Positions 10,131 to 18,954 of a stretch of 64,000 bases of DNA are shown piece after piece; the first letter of the stretch is position 1; every line of letters begins with the position of its first letter. The translations under genes were made by a program, and so were the position numbers. The notes beneath the pieces are model-generated. The model did not search any database and was not told the origin of the DNA. It saw nothing but the letters and a program-made list of their open reading frames with translations. Origin of the DNA: a virus; the IMG/VR virus record IMGVR_UViG_3300022908_000003, positions 4,054 to 68,053 of that record, one strand, 5' to 3'.

Positions 10131-10679
10131 TTACTTAACTCCTATGCTGCACATTCCAGCGCCATAAAGGTATACCCCCTTTGGTAGATCAGACCTTACA
10201 TATATCATATCTTCTTCTGCTAGTGGATTTTTGTCTGCGAACTTAAATTTATTGTTTCTGTTATCTAGAAACTCAAGAACTTCAACATTAAGTCTTGGAG
10301 TGACTTTAATTATAGTTCCTTTAGTTGTGGTTCTAAAGTAGATGTTCTTTCGGATTTGCTTTGGCTTGTTTGAAATATTCTCTTCTTTACCAGAGAGACG
10401 ACCGGTTTCGGTTCCATGGGTTTTAACTAAATCGAATTCATTTCTTGTATTTACTCCAGTATCAGAATTTTGACGGGTCAGTTTCATAATTCTTTTTTCT
10501 TGCTCTGAAAAATCAAACTGTTCCACTATCTTAGCTAATTCTCCCGGTTTTAGATCTGATCTACCACCTATAGAAGTCTCTACTCCTATGTGAGCTATAG
10601 AGGCAACAGCAGAACTTAATCCAACTAACATAGCTGTCTTCCCTACTGATTGAGGTTTATTTACTTTAATTGTATCCAT
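10131..10679 (-). CDS. hypothetical protein with a PolA-like TGRLS peptide
   Basis: 182-aa ORF with AAAGGA RBS; contains GTETGRLSGKEENISNKP. Confidence 0.6.
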   Translation of the reverse strand: MDTIKVNKPQSVGKTAMLVGLSSAVASIAHIGVETSIGGRSDLKPGELAKIVEQFDFSEQEKRIMKLTRQNSDTGVNTRNEFDLVKTHGTETGRLSGKEENISNKPKQIRKNIYFRTTTKGTIIKVTPRLNVEVLEFLDNRNNKFKFADKNPLAEEDMIYVRSDLPKGVYLYGAGMCSIGVK

Positions 10680-10710
10680 TTTAATTGTCCTTTGAATGAG
10701 ATCGTTAAAT

Positions 10711-10752
10711 AAAAAAGACGGAGCTACCTACCTAAGTAAATAACTCCGTCTC
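10711..10752 (-). terminator. intrinsic terminator
   Basis: Minus strand GAGACGGAG...CTCCGTC stem followed by TTTTTT, directly after the 10762..12069 gene. Confidence 0.8.
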
Positions 10753-10761
10753 ATTTAGCAA

Positions 10762-12069
10762 TTAATCTTCGTTGTCATCTTCGGGAATGATGTTTACAAT
10801 CTCACCAAATCCAACAACGTGTATTACTGCTCCTACCTTTACAGTGACCTTTGAAGTAGCTTCGTTGATCTTAGTAACCTTACCCTTCAAGGTCTTCTTA
10901 GCATTCTTAGGGTCTGTGAACACAATTGTATTTCCTACCTCAAGTTCCTCTTCCTCTTCCTCTTCGTCTTCTTCATCTTCTTCGTCGCCGTCTTCAGTTT
11001 CCTCTTCGTCGTCATCTTCTGCATCTTCGTCTTCTTCATCTTCAACTATTGCAGAAAGTTTAGAAACTTCTACTTCATCAAGGATGGGCTTCTTTGCAGT
11101 TCCTCCAACCCTGATTTTTGCGGTTTCGGTTGCTTCATCAATGGAGTGTATTGTACCGGTCTTGTCTTCTGTCTTAGCCTTCTTACCGATACCAGTTGTC
11201 ACACTCCAAGAAACCTCTTGACCTACTTCAAATTCGGTACCTTCATCCTCGTCTTCTGTTTCGTCGTCTTCATCCTCTGCAAGTTCTGCAAAAGTTTTGG
11301 TAAAGGTCTTTGTCTTCTTACCTACCTTAACCTTGATAGAGACGGTTTCCTCTTCTTCATCGACGGCAGAAACAATTCCGGTAAGTTCCTCGCCATCCTC
11401 TTCAAAGGTAATTTCGTCGCCTACCTCACATGGCGCTTCTGTTTCGTCATCATCTTCAGGTTCCGGTTCTGGAGTTTTTGTAGCAGGCTTCTTAGCCGAA
11501 GAGGTACTTGATGGCTTCACTCCAGCTTTTGACTTCTTTGGGGTTTCGGTTTCTGCTGCCTCATACCCTTCTTGACGCTTACCTAGATTAAACCACTGTC
11601 GTGGCTCTGTATAATTTCCAGTAGCGGCGGTAGTTTTCAGCTTGAACAGGAAGACCGGTTCTTCATCAAGACAATTCTGTAAAATTTCCTCAAACTGCTC
11701 AATATCCAAATCTGATGGGTCTTGATCTGTCATTAATCCAACTTGACGTACAAGTCTTGGATTAAATTCACCATTATTGTCAAGAAGGAAAAGCCACTGA
11801 GGGTAAACTTCGTTTACATGATCACCTTCTTGGATAGCCCAAGATAGCAGAGCACCCCAAACTTTATCTTCATCGGGTAAATCCGCAGTATCTTTAGTAG
11901 GCTTGATCTCGAAAGCGGCAAACTTTCCGATATAGTCGCCGTCTTCGTAGACATTACCTCCACCCTTCTTAGCTGCCTCTACTGTCTGATCCCAATTCTC
12001 CTTTGCCTTTGCAAGGAGAGCCTTATAACCGGTAACTACTGCTGCTGTCTTTTTCTTAGTAACTGACAT
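10762..12069 (-). CDS. putative single-stranded DNA-binding protein (DUF669-like N-domain) with acidic linkers and three SH3/KOW-like repeats
   Basis: N-term VYEDGDYIGKFAAFEIK resembles phage SSB/DUF669; lies next to an AAA recombinase; very D/E-rich; repeats EVGDEITF / EVGQEVSW / EVGNTIVF. Confidence 0.6.
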   Translation of the reverse strand: MSVTKKKTAAVVTGYKALLAKAKENWDQTVEAAKKGGGNVYEDGDYIGKFAAFEIKPTKDTADLPDEDKVWGALLSWAIQEGDHVNEVYPQWLFLLDNNGEFNPRLVRQVGLMTDQDPSDLDIEQFEEILQNCLDEEPVFLFKLKTTAATGNYTEPRQWFNLGKRQEGYEAAETETPKKSKAGVKPSSTSSAKKPATKTPEPEPEDDDETEAPCEVGDEITFEEDGEELTGIVSAVDEEEETVSIKVKVGKKTKTFTKTFAELAEDEDDETEDEDEGTEFEVGQEVSWSVTTGIGKKAKTEDKTGTIHSIDEATETAKIRVGGTAKKPILDEVEVSKLSAIVEDEEDEDAEDDDEEETEDGDEEDEEDEEEEEEELEVGNTIVFTDPKNAKKTLKGKVTKINEATSKVTVKVGAVIHVVGFGEIVNIIPEDDNED

Positions 12070-12119
12070 TGTTGTTTGTTTAACCTTTCGAGTTAAAGAG
12101 AGATTGTGAATTTAATACG

Positions 12120-12148
12120 GTTGCCCGTTTTCTCTGGTACAGAAATCT
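12120..12148 (-). repeat. copy of the dispersed ACCAGAGA motif
   Basis: Minus strand AGATTTCTGTACCAGAGAAAACGGGCAAC, directly after the pilin stop codon. Confidence 0.85.
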
Positions 12149-12313
12149 TTACTGTAGGACATTTGAGGTGTCGTTGAGTTTGTTAGAAGCAGTGCCGCCT
12201 AGAAATCCCATGGCGGCTATTGCAACAACTCCGATAAGTGCAACAAGAAGAACGTATTCAACTATTGTTGCTCCGTCTTCATCCTGTATAAACCGATTGT
12301 AGAATGTTTTCAT
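12149..12313 (-). CDS. flp: Flp/Fap family (Tad) pilin (not in ORF track)
   Basis: Manual translation MKTFYNRFIQDEDG/ATIVEYVLLVALIGVVAIAAMGFLGGTASNKLNDTSNVLQ (54 aa). Has the F-x2-DE-x-G prepilin leader, E+5/Y+6 Flp motif and hydrophobic helix; RBS GAAGGA. Confidence 0.9.
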   Translation of the reverse strand: MKTFYNRFIQDEDGATIVEYVLLVALIGVVAIAAMGFLGGTASNKLNDTSNVLQ

Positions 12314-12451
12314 TTATCCTTCTTTTTTACTAGGATATAGTTTCTGTGCTTTCTTTAGTTCTGAGTTAGTTGGCAACCTGCGATTTTTTATAGTAAATCT
12401 AGCTATCCATATTGGATCTACTGATTGCAGCAGTTTACTTCTAAGCTTCAT
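12314..12451 (-). CDS. small basic hypothetical protein (not in ORF track)
   Basis: MKLRSKLLQSVDPIWIARFTIKNRRLPTNSELKKAQKLYPSKKEG (45 aa); abuts both neighbours as TAA-ATG. Confidence 0.55.
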   Translation of the reverse strand: MKLRSKLLQSVDPIWIARFTIKNRRLPTNSELKKAQKLYPSKKEG

Positions 12452-13441
12452 TTATTTTGCCTTGAATTTAGCCTTTCGCTCAGATAGTTTTGGTTTCCTT
12501 TTTAAGATAAACTGTTCTTCTTGTTCATTGTTGAAAGCGGCCATGAAGTTTTCAAAAGCTTCTTCTTTGCTTTCACCCATTGGAACAGCATGTACAATTT
12601 CTCCAGAAGTTGTAAGGAAATGCCCTTCTGCTCTATTCCCTCCATCTATCGTCTGAGATCCTTCAATACAAAGCCATCTTTCCATTCCGAAGTAACCGTA
12701 GTAGATTGTTGCATCCGCATCACCTTTTATGAACAACCGTGCAGGTTCGCCCATGGTAGGAATTAGCTTATTATATTTAGCTCCAGTTTCTTCTTCGAAT
12801 TCTTTGGTCTTTGCATGACTGATATATACAATTCCTCTACCAGTGGCTTTCAAGTCCATAAAAGGTTTCTTGAATTCCATTTCTACAAGGTCTTGTCCGC
12901 GTCGATAGGCAAGTTTCCCTTCATTTATACTCTTTTCATTGTGAAGTTCAAGAATATATCTAACGCAAAGAACATATGCAAGATCGGCAGTGTCTATTAT
13001 GATATTCTCATATAGTTCACTACTGCAAATTTTCTCTACAATAGCCTTGAATTCTTCCCATGAAGACATGCTACCCTTTAGTGGTAATCTCTTGACTGAC
13101 AGGTATTTAACTCCATCTTCAAATACAAGAAATAAACAATCAGGGAACATGGATGCAAAACTACTCTTACCAATTTTCTCTTCACCATAAATGAGAAGGG
13201 TGGCACCACCCAAACTTGATACAGGTTCAGAAAATTCTGTAGGGAGTTCTATATCTTTTGCTCTGAAAATCACGGGTCGCTTACGTGCAGAAATTGCAGT
13301 AACGGGCTTTCGCTTTGTCGGCAGAGCAGCAGAACTTTTCCCGCCTGATCGACGGTTGATTGTTGCCATAATATATTTACCTTTCGCTAATATAGAGACG
13401 TATCCTTGTACGCTTGTCCATATCGCTATGATAGTTGTCAA
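12452..13441 (-). CDS. AAA_24 / Sak4-like ATPase (recombination/annealing)
   Basis: LIYGEEKIGKS Walker A, IIIDTAD Walker B, IVYISHAK. True start is probably the internal MATINRR behind a GAAAGG RBS. Confidence 0.8.
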   Translation of the reverse strand: MTTIIAIWTSVQGYVSILAKGKYIMATINRRSGGKSSAALPTKRKPVTAISARKRPVIFRAKDIELPTEFSEPVSSLGGATLLIYGEEKIGKSSFASMFPDCLFLVFEDGVKYLSVKRLPLKGSMSSWEEFKAIVEKICSSELYENIIIDTADLAYVLCVRYILELHNEKSINEGKLAYRRGQDLVEMEFKKPFMDLKATGRGIVYISHAKTKEFEEETGAKYNKLIPTMGEPARLFIKGDADATIYYGYFGMERWLCIEGSQTIDGGNRAEGHFLTTSGEIVHAVPMGESKEEAFENFMAAFNNEQEEQFILKRKPKLSERKAKFKAK

Positions 13442-13501
13442 AGAGCCATCAGGAAAATGCCCGGCACTATGGCCGTTCGGGGTTTCCTGCCGACACCTAA
13501 G

Positions 13502-13530
13502 AGTATATCACGTTCAACGGGCAATGTCAA
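13502..13530 (-). promoter_or_regulatory. sigma70-type promoter
   Basis: TTGACA-17 nt-TATACT with an extended -10 TG, upstream of the AAA/pilin/SSB unit. Confidence 0.8.
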
Positions 13531-13610
13531 GGAGATTTCGAAAATTTCCGAAAAATTCTTTTTCTAGATGGGAAATGGACTGTTTTGTAGCCTAGCTTAC
13601 CCTTATCCGC

Positions 13611-13838
13611 TCAGTACCTCCAAGTTTTAGTTACTAAATTAAATTCATAAATCCTGTTATCTGTCTCAGGGTTATTAAAACCTGAAATAAACACAGCAGG
13701 TTCATGAATTCCATCTTCGCCTTTATCCACAGAAACTACAAGACCTAGCTCATCTCCCGTAGCATAAAGAGCTATCACAGATTTTACAGTTTCATCAGCA
13801 TTCTCTAGAGCTAACTTGATCATTTCAAAGGCTGTCAT
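13611..13838 (-). CDS. hypothetical protein
   Basis: 75-aa ORF with GAGG RBS. Confidence 0.55.
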   Translation of the reverse strand: MTAFEMIKLALENADETVKSVIALYATGDELGLVVSVDKGEDGIHEPAVFISGFNNPETDNRIYEFNLVTKTWRY

Positions 13839-13839
13839 C

Positions 13840-15054
13840 TTATACCTCTACTAGTTCAGGAAATACATGAAGACGCTTATGATAGTACCTAGCTTCGGCA
13901 GGGTTAGCACAAGCTTGTAAGAATTCACAAGGTCTGTTCCATGCTTTACAAGAAGCTGTATTTCTAAAGCTATTCTTTGGGTTTTCGTTCTGCCATTCAT
14001 AAAGACGTTCTAGGATATAGTCTAGATCGATATCACGATATTCTTCAACATCTTTCCATGGGATTGATTGGGGATGCCTGTAGAAATAGTCATTAGGATT
14101 TTCTTTAATATGCTTATCAACTCTTGCAAAGAATTCAGGTAGCGTTTCGGGTTTTCTATAGTAGGTTCCGCTATATTCCTGCCCTGGTTTCTTTATTAGG
14201 TTGTATAAAACCCCTTTCGGCTTCTCTTTGTACACATACTCCAAAGCAAGCATGTACACCATAACTTGCAGTTCAAAACCAAGACGATCTAAAGTAACTT
14301 TATCTTTTATATCTCCTTTGGTCTTACTTTCGAATAACCACAATTCTCCATTTTTATTACGAAATACTCCATCAAATTTTCCACGAATTTGTATAGTAAT
14401 TCCGTTTCGTAGCTTATAAGGCATAGAGAAGACTTGTTCTACAGCAAGCCAGTTCATATTAACGTCTGTCTTGTAGTGTTGGTAGTACCTCTTCAAGACA
14501 ACATTACATAGACCATTGGTTTGCTGAAAAGACTGTTGATCTTTGAGATCAAATTTCTTTAATTTCTTTACTATATCTAAGCTACTTGAAGTTAATACAT
14601 GATCTATGGTCTGATATATAGTCTGTGTAGTAGATTGAACTTTATACTTCTTACGATGAAGATACACCTTATCGAGAGTATTATGAAAATGATCCCCAAA
14701 ATCTAATGCTGTATCAGGTCTTGTAGTTTTCTCAAGCCCTAGTATCATCTTCCAATAACACTTCATAGGACAAAGCGCAAATAAAGCTATTGTAGACTGC
14801 GTAACCCCATCTCTCCCCATATCCCAGAAATTACGTAAATACTGTGGTTTCCCCGTTTTCTCTGGTGTAGAAATACCTGATCCTTTGCAAACTCTACAAG
14901 AACCACTACTAGAAGGATCTTCTCCTGTTCCTTCGCAGTATTTGCAAACATCTTCAGGTATTTTTACCATTTTCGGTTTTTGATTTAAAAGGAAATTTAA
15001 ATCCTTTGTTAAGTTGCTTGAAATCTGTTTCGATTTCAGTTTAATTTTTACCAT
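13840..15054 (-). CDS. PD-(D/E)XK (RecB/Cas4-like) exonuclease with DnaJ-type zinc finger
   Basis: CP..YW, ALDFGDHFH, AVEQ, RGKFDG..LFESKT, QVMVY, C-terminal C..C..C; N-term CKYCEGTG..CRVCKGSG. Confidence 0.8.
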   Translation of the reverse strand: MVKIKLKSKQISSNLTKDLNFLLNQKPKMVKIPEDVCKYCEGTGEDPSSSGSCRVCKGSGISTPEKTGKPQYLRNFWDMGRDGVTQSTIALFALCPMKCYWKMILGLEKTTRPDTALDFGDHFHNTLDKVYLHRKKYKVQSTTQTIYQTIDHVLTSSSLDIVKKLKKFDLKDQQSFQQTNGLCNVVLKRYYQHYKTDVNMNWLAVEQVFSMPYKLRNGITIQIRGKFDGVFRNKNGELWLFESKTKGDIKDKVTLDRLGFELQVMVYMLALEYVYKEKPKGVLYNLIKKPGQEYSGTYYRKPETLPEFFARVDKHIKENPNDYFYRHPQSIPWKDVEEYRDIDLDYILERLYEWQNENPKNSFRNTASCKAWNRPCEFLQACANPAEARYYHKRLHVFPELVEV

Positions 15055-15768
15055 TTAACTTCCTTCCTTCTTAGTTCCCAAAACCTTTTATAGATTAATT
15101 GTAGTCTAGGCACATAAAGGTTATATGTGTGTGAGCCAATTCCTCCATTTCGAAGAACATAGGAGGGATGTATAATTGTGTAGAGCTTTTCCTGACTTAC
15201 CCCATAATCAAAAGGTACTATTGTATCTTTTAAATACAATTCAGCTTCTTTCCCTACACAGACTACTATAGTTGGTTTAAGAACTTTAATCATAGATCTT
15301 AGTCTAGGAAAGCAATTTATAACTTCTGAAACAGAAGGTGGTTTATTAGCTGATGAAGAAGGCTTTCCTTGATATGGTCTACAAGCTATTAAATTTGTTA
15401 AACCTATGGTAAGTCTTCCATACCCTTTACAAAACTGGCAAGCCTGAGTACCAATAGGAAAGCCATTATCAGCACCGGAACCATCACAGAAAGTACAGAA
15501 AGGCTGCGCATCCTCTATAGCTTGTCTGAGAAGCTTTCCAGCAGGGCCAATGAAAGGAAATCCTTCTAGATCTTCCACCAGACCCGGACCTTCACCTACC
15601 ATTAAAATATCTACACCTTGTTTTGCTCCAAATGCCAAAACAGTTTTAGGTATTGTGTCTAATAAACACATGGTGTCTTGCAGTCTCTCCTATCTTACAT
15701 TTAGTACAAGAACTCCATTCATCTTGAATTACTCTAAGACTTAGACGTTTAACGGGAAATTTTGCCAT
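15048..15768 (-). CDS. uracil-DNA glycosylase, family 4, split by a +1 frameshift
   Basis: Core 15048..15671 has VGEGPG, PFIGPAG, NLIACRP, HPSY. The N-terminal WSSCTKC part lies in an upstream frame (15646..15768) behind a strong GGAGGTGA RBS. Confidence 0.8.
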
Positions 15769-16057
15769 CTAATGTCACCTCCCAATTCTCAGTCACATAC
15801 CTACCATCTCCACGAAAGGTATTAATTATCTCAGAGATTTTCAGTTCCCCGACATCTAACCTTCCTAGAGTAAATTTAGTATTTGGATACATTACTTTCA
15901 TGCACCCATGAACGTCTTGTATAGTTGCATTTTGATGCCATAGTAATACTCTTTGTTCACCTGGAAGATTAAGCAACCATGCGGTACATAGGCAAGACCT
16001 AATAGGTACAGCGCAACTATATCTTACTTTTCTCTTTCTATTTATTTTTACTTTCAT
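15749..16057 (-). CDS. hypothetical protein
   Basis: 102-aa ORF with AAGGAAA RBS. Confidence 0.6.
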   Translation of the reverse strand: MKVKINRKRKVRYSCAVPIRSCLCTAWLLNLPGEQRVLLWHQNATIQDVHGCMKVMYPNTKFTLGRLDVGELKISEIINTFRGDGRYVTENWEVTLDGKISR

Positions 16058-16256
16058 TATTAATTTCCTTTGGGTCGATAAAGACAGCTTCTATATTAGG
16101 CCAAAATGCATAAACAATAGTTTGGGATTCTATTTTATTCTGCATGAACGTTTCTACATTTTTTAAAGGAAGTCTGCCTTTATAAAGTAAGTTATCGTTC
16201 TTTCTCCTAAGTTCAGATAATTTAATAACAACTTCTTTAGTTTGTTTTCATCAAAT

Positions 16257-16799
16257 TTATCTGGTGGCATTTGCTTTAAAAACTCCTTTAACAAATAATC
16301 CAATGCCTACTGCATCCGTTGCATGATCTCCATATTCCCATTTCTTACAACCGATGCGTTGACGTATTCTATTTTCCACCGCATATTTAGTAAGCTGCCC
16401 TTTCCAAGATACAGGTACTAGAACAATTTTTGTACATTTAGTAAACACTAGAAAAGTTTCTTGCAGTCTTCCTACCATTACAGCAAGTTTTACAAGATCG
16501 CTATCCCCACCGTCTTTACCAGTTGCGCAAGTCATACCTTTCTTCTGTCGAAAGAAGTTAGGTAACTCAATATAAACATCTACACTTATATTATTTTCTA
16601 TTAGTGGAACTTCTTCAATAACTTCAATAAGTCTTGCTAGTATTTCGGATTGACGTAATGACCAATTAGTTTGTGTAGCTTTTGTAGTACTATGGAGAAC
16701 TCCCGTTCTCTCTGGTAGTAGATCTTGTTTGTTACCAGAGAAAATGGCAAACCCCGTTCCTCCCAAACCTGGATCAATACAGATTATTTTATGTTGCAT
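16257..16799 (-). CDS. RuvC-like Holliday junction resolvase
   Basis: IICIDPGLGGTGFA, VYIE, WKGQ, DHATDAVGIG. Confidence 0.75.
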   Translation of the reverse strand: MQHKIICIDPGLGGTGFAIFSGNKQDLLPERTGVLHSTTKATQTNWSLRQSEILARLIEVIEEVPLIENNISVDVYIELPNFFRQKKGMTCATGKDGGDSDLVKLAVMVGRLQETFLVFTKCTKIVLVPVSWKGQLTKYAVENRIRQRIGCKKWEYGDHATDAVGIGLFVKGVFKANATR

Positions 16800-17008
16800 T
16801 ATTTTGCCTTTAATATCACTCGTATTTTGTTTTCTAAGCTATTAATTTCTTCCGGTGTGAACCCCCATATGTCTTTCGCTCTTATTCTTATATTATGTAT
16901 CTGTCTTTCCTGCACCTCTGGCATGTTATCAGGGGCAAACAAAAGTTTATGCAATATCTCTTGTTCTTTGCTATTAAATTCTATACTATCCATTGCTTCA
17001 TTGTCCAT
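16799..17008 (-). CDS. hypothetical protein
   Basis: 69-aa ORF coupled to neighbours. Confidence 0.5.
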   Translation of the reverse strand: MDNEAMDSIEFNSKEQEILHKLLFAPDNMPEVQERQIHNIRIRAKDIWGFTPEEINSLENKIRVILKAK

Positions 17009-17204
17009 TAAGTTCCATTTCTGTTTGAAGGTTATATTCCCCTACTACACAGACTTCTATTTTCTTTGCATCTGTTGCAAATTCTATAATAGCTTCAAGT
17101 AAGTCTGCTTCAGCATCCGTTAATTTTCTTACATCAGCATTTAATGTAACTGCTGGAAGAACTTTACCTTCCTTATCGGTTATCTGGTACCTATATTGTT
17201 TCAC
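16998..17204 (-). CDS. hypothetical protein
   Basis: 68-aa ORF with GTG start. Confidence 0.5.
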   Translation of the reverse strand: MKQYRYQITDKEGKVLPAVTLNADVRKLTDAEADLLEAIIEFATDAKKIEVCVVGEYNLQTEMELNGQ

Positions 17205-18621
17205 GTTTTTCTATTCTCCTTTTCATTCTATCTTCCATTTTGCGAAGGAAGAGTTTACTGTTCATTATCTTATCTTGTACAGTCTCTATAACATCTTCAT
17301 CTCTACTATCTTGCATAGCGAGGAAAATATAGAGAAGAGTATTTTTCTTTAGAGGGTGTACTATTCTATCCATGAACTGCGTCATTTGATCGCAACTAGG
17401 AACTACTGAATAAAATATCATTGTGTCAGATACAGACATGTCAACACCATATTGAGCTACTTTTCGTATTTGAGATATAATAGCTCTACCTGGAGTTTTA
17501 CAAGTAGTAAACCAGTTCTGTTTACGTTTTCTTTCTTCTCTGCTGTCTGCTCCAGTTAATGTGACACATGGGATTTTAGCTTTCTTTAGTCTTTTCTCAA
17601 GTTCAAAGATCTCTGCATTAAAATCGCAGCCAATTACTACAGGTTCTCCGGTAAGTTCGCCTTTGAGCAGAGTTATCAATTCATCAACCTTACCCGGCCA
17701 TTTGAATACCTCTGCATTGGCTTCAAAACCACCGCAGACGCGAGAAAGCCATATTGAACGGGTTGTTGCCAGGTCCGTCTCTATTTCGCCCTTGTCCGTG
17801 TCAGCTACGAACAGGGTTTCTATCTTGTTGTACACCCTGCGTTGCTCTTGCGTCATTGGTACGTAGCGAATACTTCGAACAGCTTTCAAAGATCCAGCAC
17901 CTACATCTTTTCGAGTTAATACAAAAGATTTACTATGAACTGCCTCTTTGATAAGCTTGTACTTACCGGGTAATAACTCCCATCCGCCCCATTCCCTTAT
18001 ATCAAAAAATTTAGCTCTATACTGCCAGAAGTCCGTACAACCCATGAAAGAGCCATGTAGAAACTTATATTGCTGAAATAAATCTAGCTCACTCTCTGTA
18101 CGAGGTGAGCCGGAAAGAATAGACCTATGTTCTGCATCTCTAAAGCCAAGAGTGCATAGCTTACTAATCTTGGCTTTAGGATTTTTTATTACAGGACTTT
18201 CGTCAAGAATTACAATAAACCATGGCAGAAAGGAAAGACCTGGAGTTTCACGCAAACTATCGTAGTTAATTAACACCCATATAATCCTGCCCTTTTCCAT
18301 ATGGGCGCGATTAACTACCATTTCTGTACGCTTATCAAAAGTCTTTCCGTGAACTACAATGTACTCTTCTCCTTCCTCTTCTAGTTCTTTCTCCCATGTC
18401 GCAATAACGCTAGTTGGAGCTACAACCATTGCCGGGAAAGATCTGTTAGATTTTATTCTATAAGCTGCTCTGAACTTATCTTGTGCCCATCGTATTTTTG
18501 CAAGTGTCTTACCAAGTCTCATTTGCATAATACAGGCAGGGTGTGTAAATTTCTTACTCCAATCAAGATACTGTTTCTGTTGGGGTAGTAGCTTGCGTGT
18601 TGTCTTGACTTTGAATTTCAT
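17191..18621 (-). CDS. SNF2-like superfamily 2 helicase
   Basis: MQMRLGKT (I), VVAPTSVIATW (Ia), VILDES (II), LSGSP (III), YGVDM (V), QFMDRI (VI). Confidence 0.85.
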   Translation of the reverse strand: MKFKVKTTRKLLPQQKQYLDWSKKFTHPACIMQMRLGKTLAKIRWAQDKFRAAYRIKSNRSFPAMVVAPTSVIATWEKELEEEGEEYIVVHGKTFDKRTEMVVNRAHMEKGRIIWVLINYDSLRETPGLSFLPWFIVILDESPVIKNPKAKISKLCTLGFRDAEHRSILSGSPRTESELDLFQQYKFLHGSFMGCTDFWQYRAKFFDIREWGGWELLPGKYKLIKEAVHSKSFVLTRKDVGAGSLKAVRSIRYVPMTQEQRRVYNKIETLFVADTDKGEIETDLATTRSIWLSRVCGGFEANAEVFKWPGKVDELITLLKGELTGEPVVIGCDFNAEIFELEKRLKKAKIPCVTLTGADSREERKRKQNWFTTCKTPGRAIISQIRKVAQYGVDMSVSDTMIFYSVVPSCDQMTQFMDRIVHPLKKNTLLYIFLAMQDSRDEDVIETVQDKIMNSKLFLRKMEDRMKRRIEKRETI

Positions 18622-18757
18622 TAAGTCTTTCTTCCTCTGATTTTAAAATTCTTAGTATCTCACGATAACCTAATCCAACAGAAGGTTCGCCGTCATAGAC
18701 TAATAATTCCCTGTTACATATATGTTTTATCTTAGCTAGTATTTCTTCCATTTTCAT
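18563..18757 (-). CDS. hypothetical protein
   Basis: 64-aa ORF with AAGGA RBS. Confidence 0.5.
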   Translation of the reverse strand: MKMEEILAKIKHICNRELLVYDGEPSVGLGYREILRILKSEEERLNEIQSQDNTQATTPTETVS

Positions 18758-18762
18758 TTCCT

Positions 18763-18954
18763 TTATAAATCTTTTGCTTTTGTTAAAGATTTGAGGCTAT
18801 ACAGTGAAACCATAATTTCTACAGTAATATAGCCCTTGTCTTGTTCAACAGACGTTACTTTTTGAATTAAATCCATAGGTTGTACTTCAAACTCTACTAC
18901 ATCCCCAACTTCTATTTCTGAGTTATAGAAATTTTTTCTATTCTTTGCTGCCAT
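18763..18954 (-). CDS. hypothetical protein (KOW/SH3-like)
   Basis: IEVGDVVEF motif. Confidence 0.5.
   Translation of the reverse strand: MAAKNRKNFYNSEIEVGDVVEFEVQPMDLIQKVTSVEQDKGYITVEIMVSLYSLKSLTKAKDL

Noticed and set aside
10772-11575. Plus-strand Ser-rich ORFs
   Set aside because: Antisense shadows of the Glu/Asp-rich minus-strand gene.
13840-15054. Cas4-like nuclease as part of a CRISPR system
   Set aside because: Its context (AAA recombinase, SSB, resolvase) is the usual phage recombination module.
16040-16270. Possible second frameshifted small gene (MPPDKFDEK...)
   Set aside because: A 58-aa ORF and an alternative-frame tail both exist, but no family motif decides between them.
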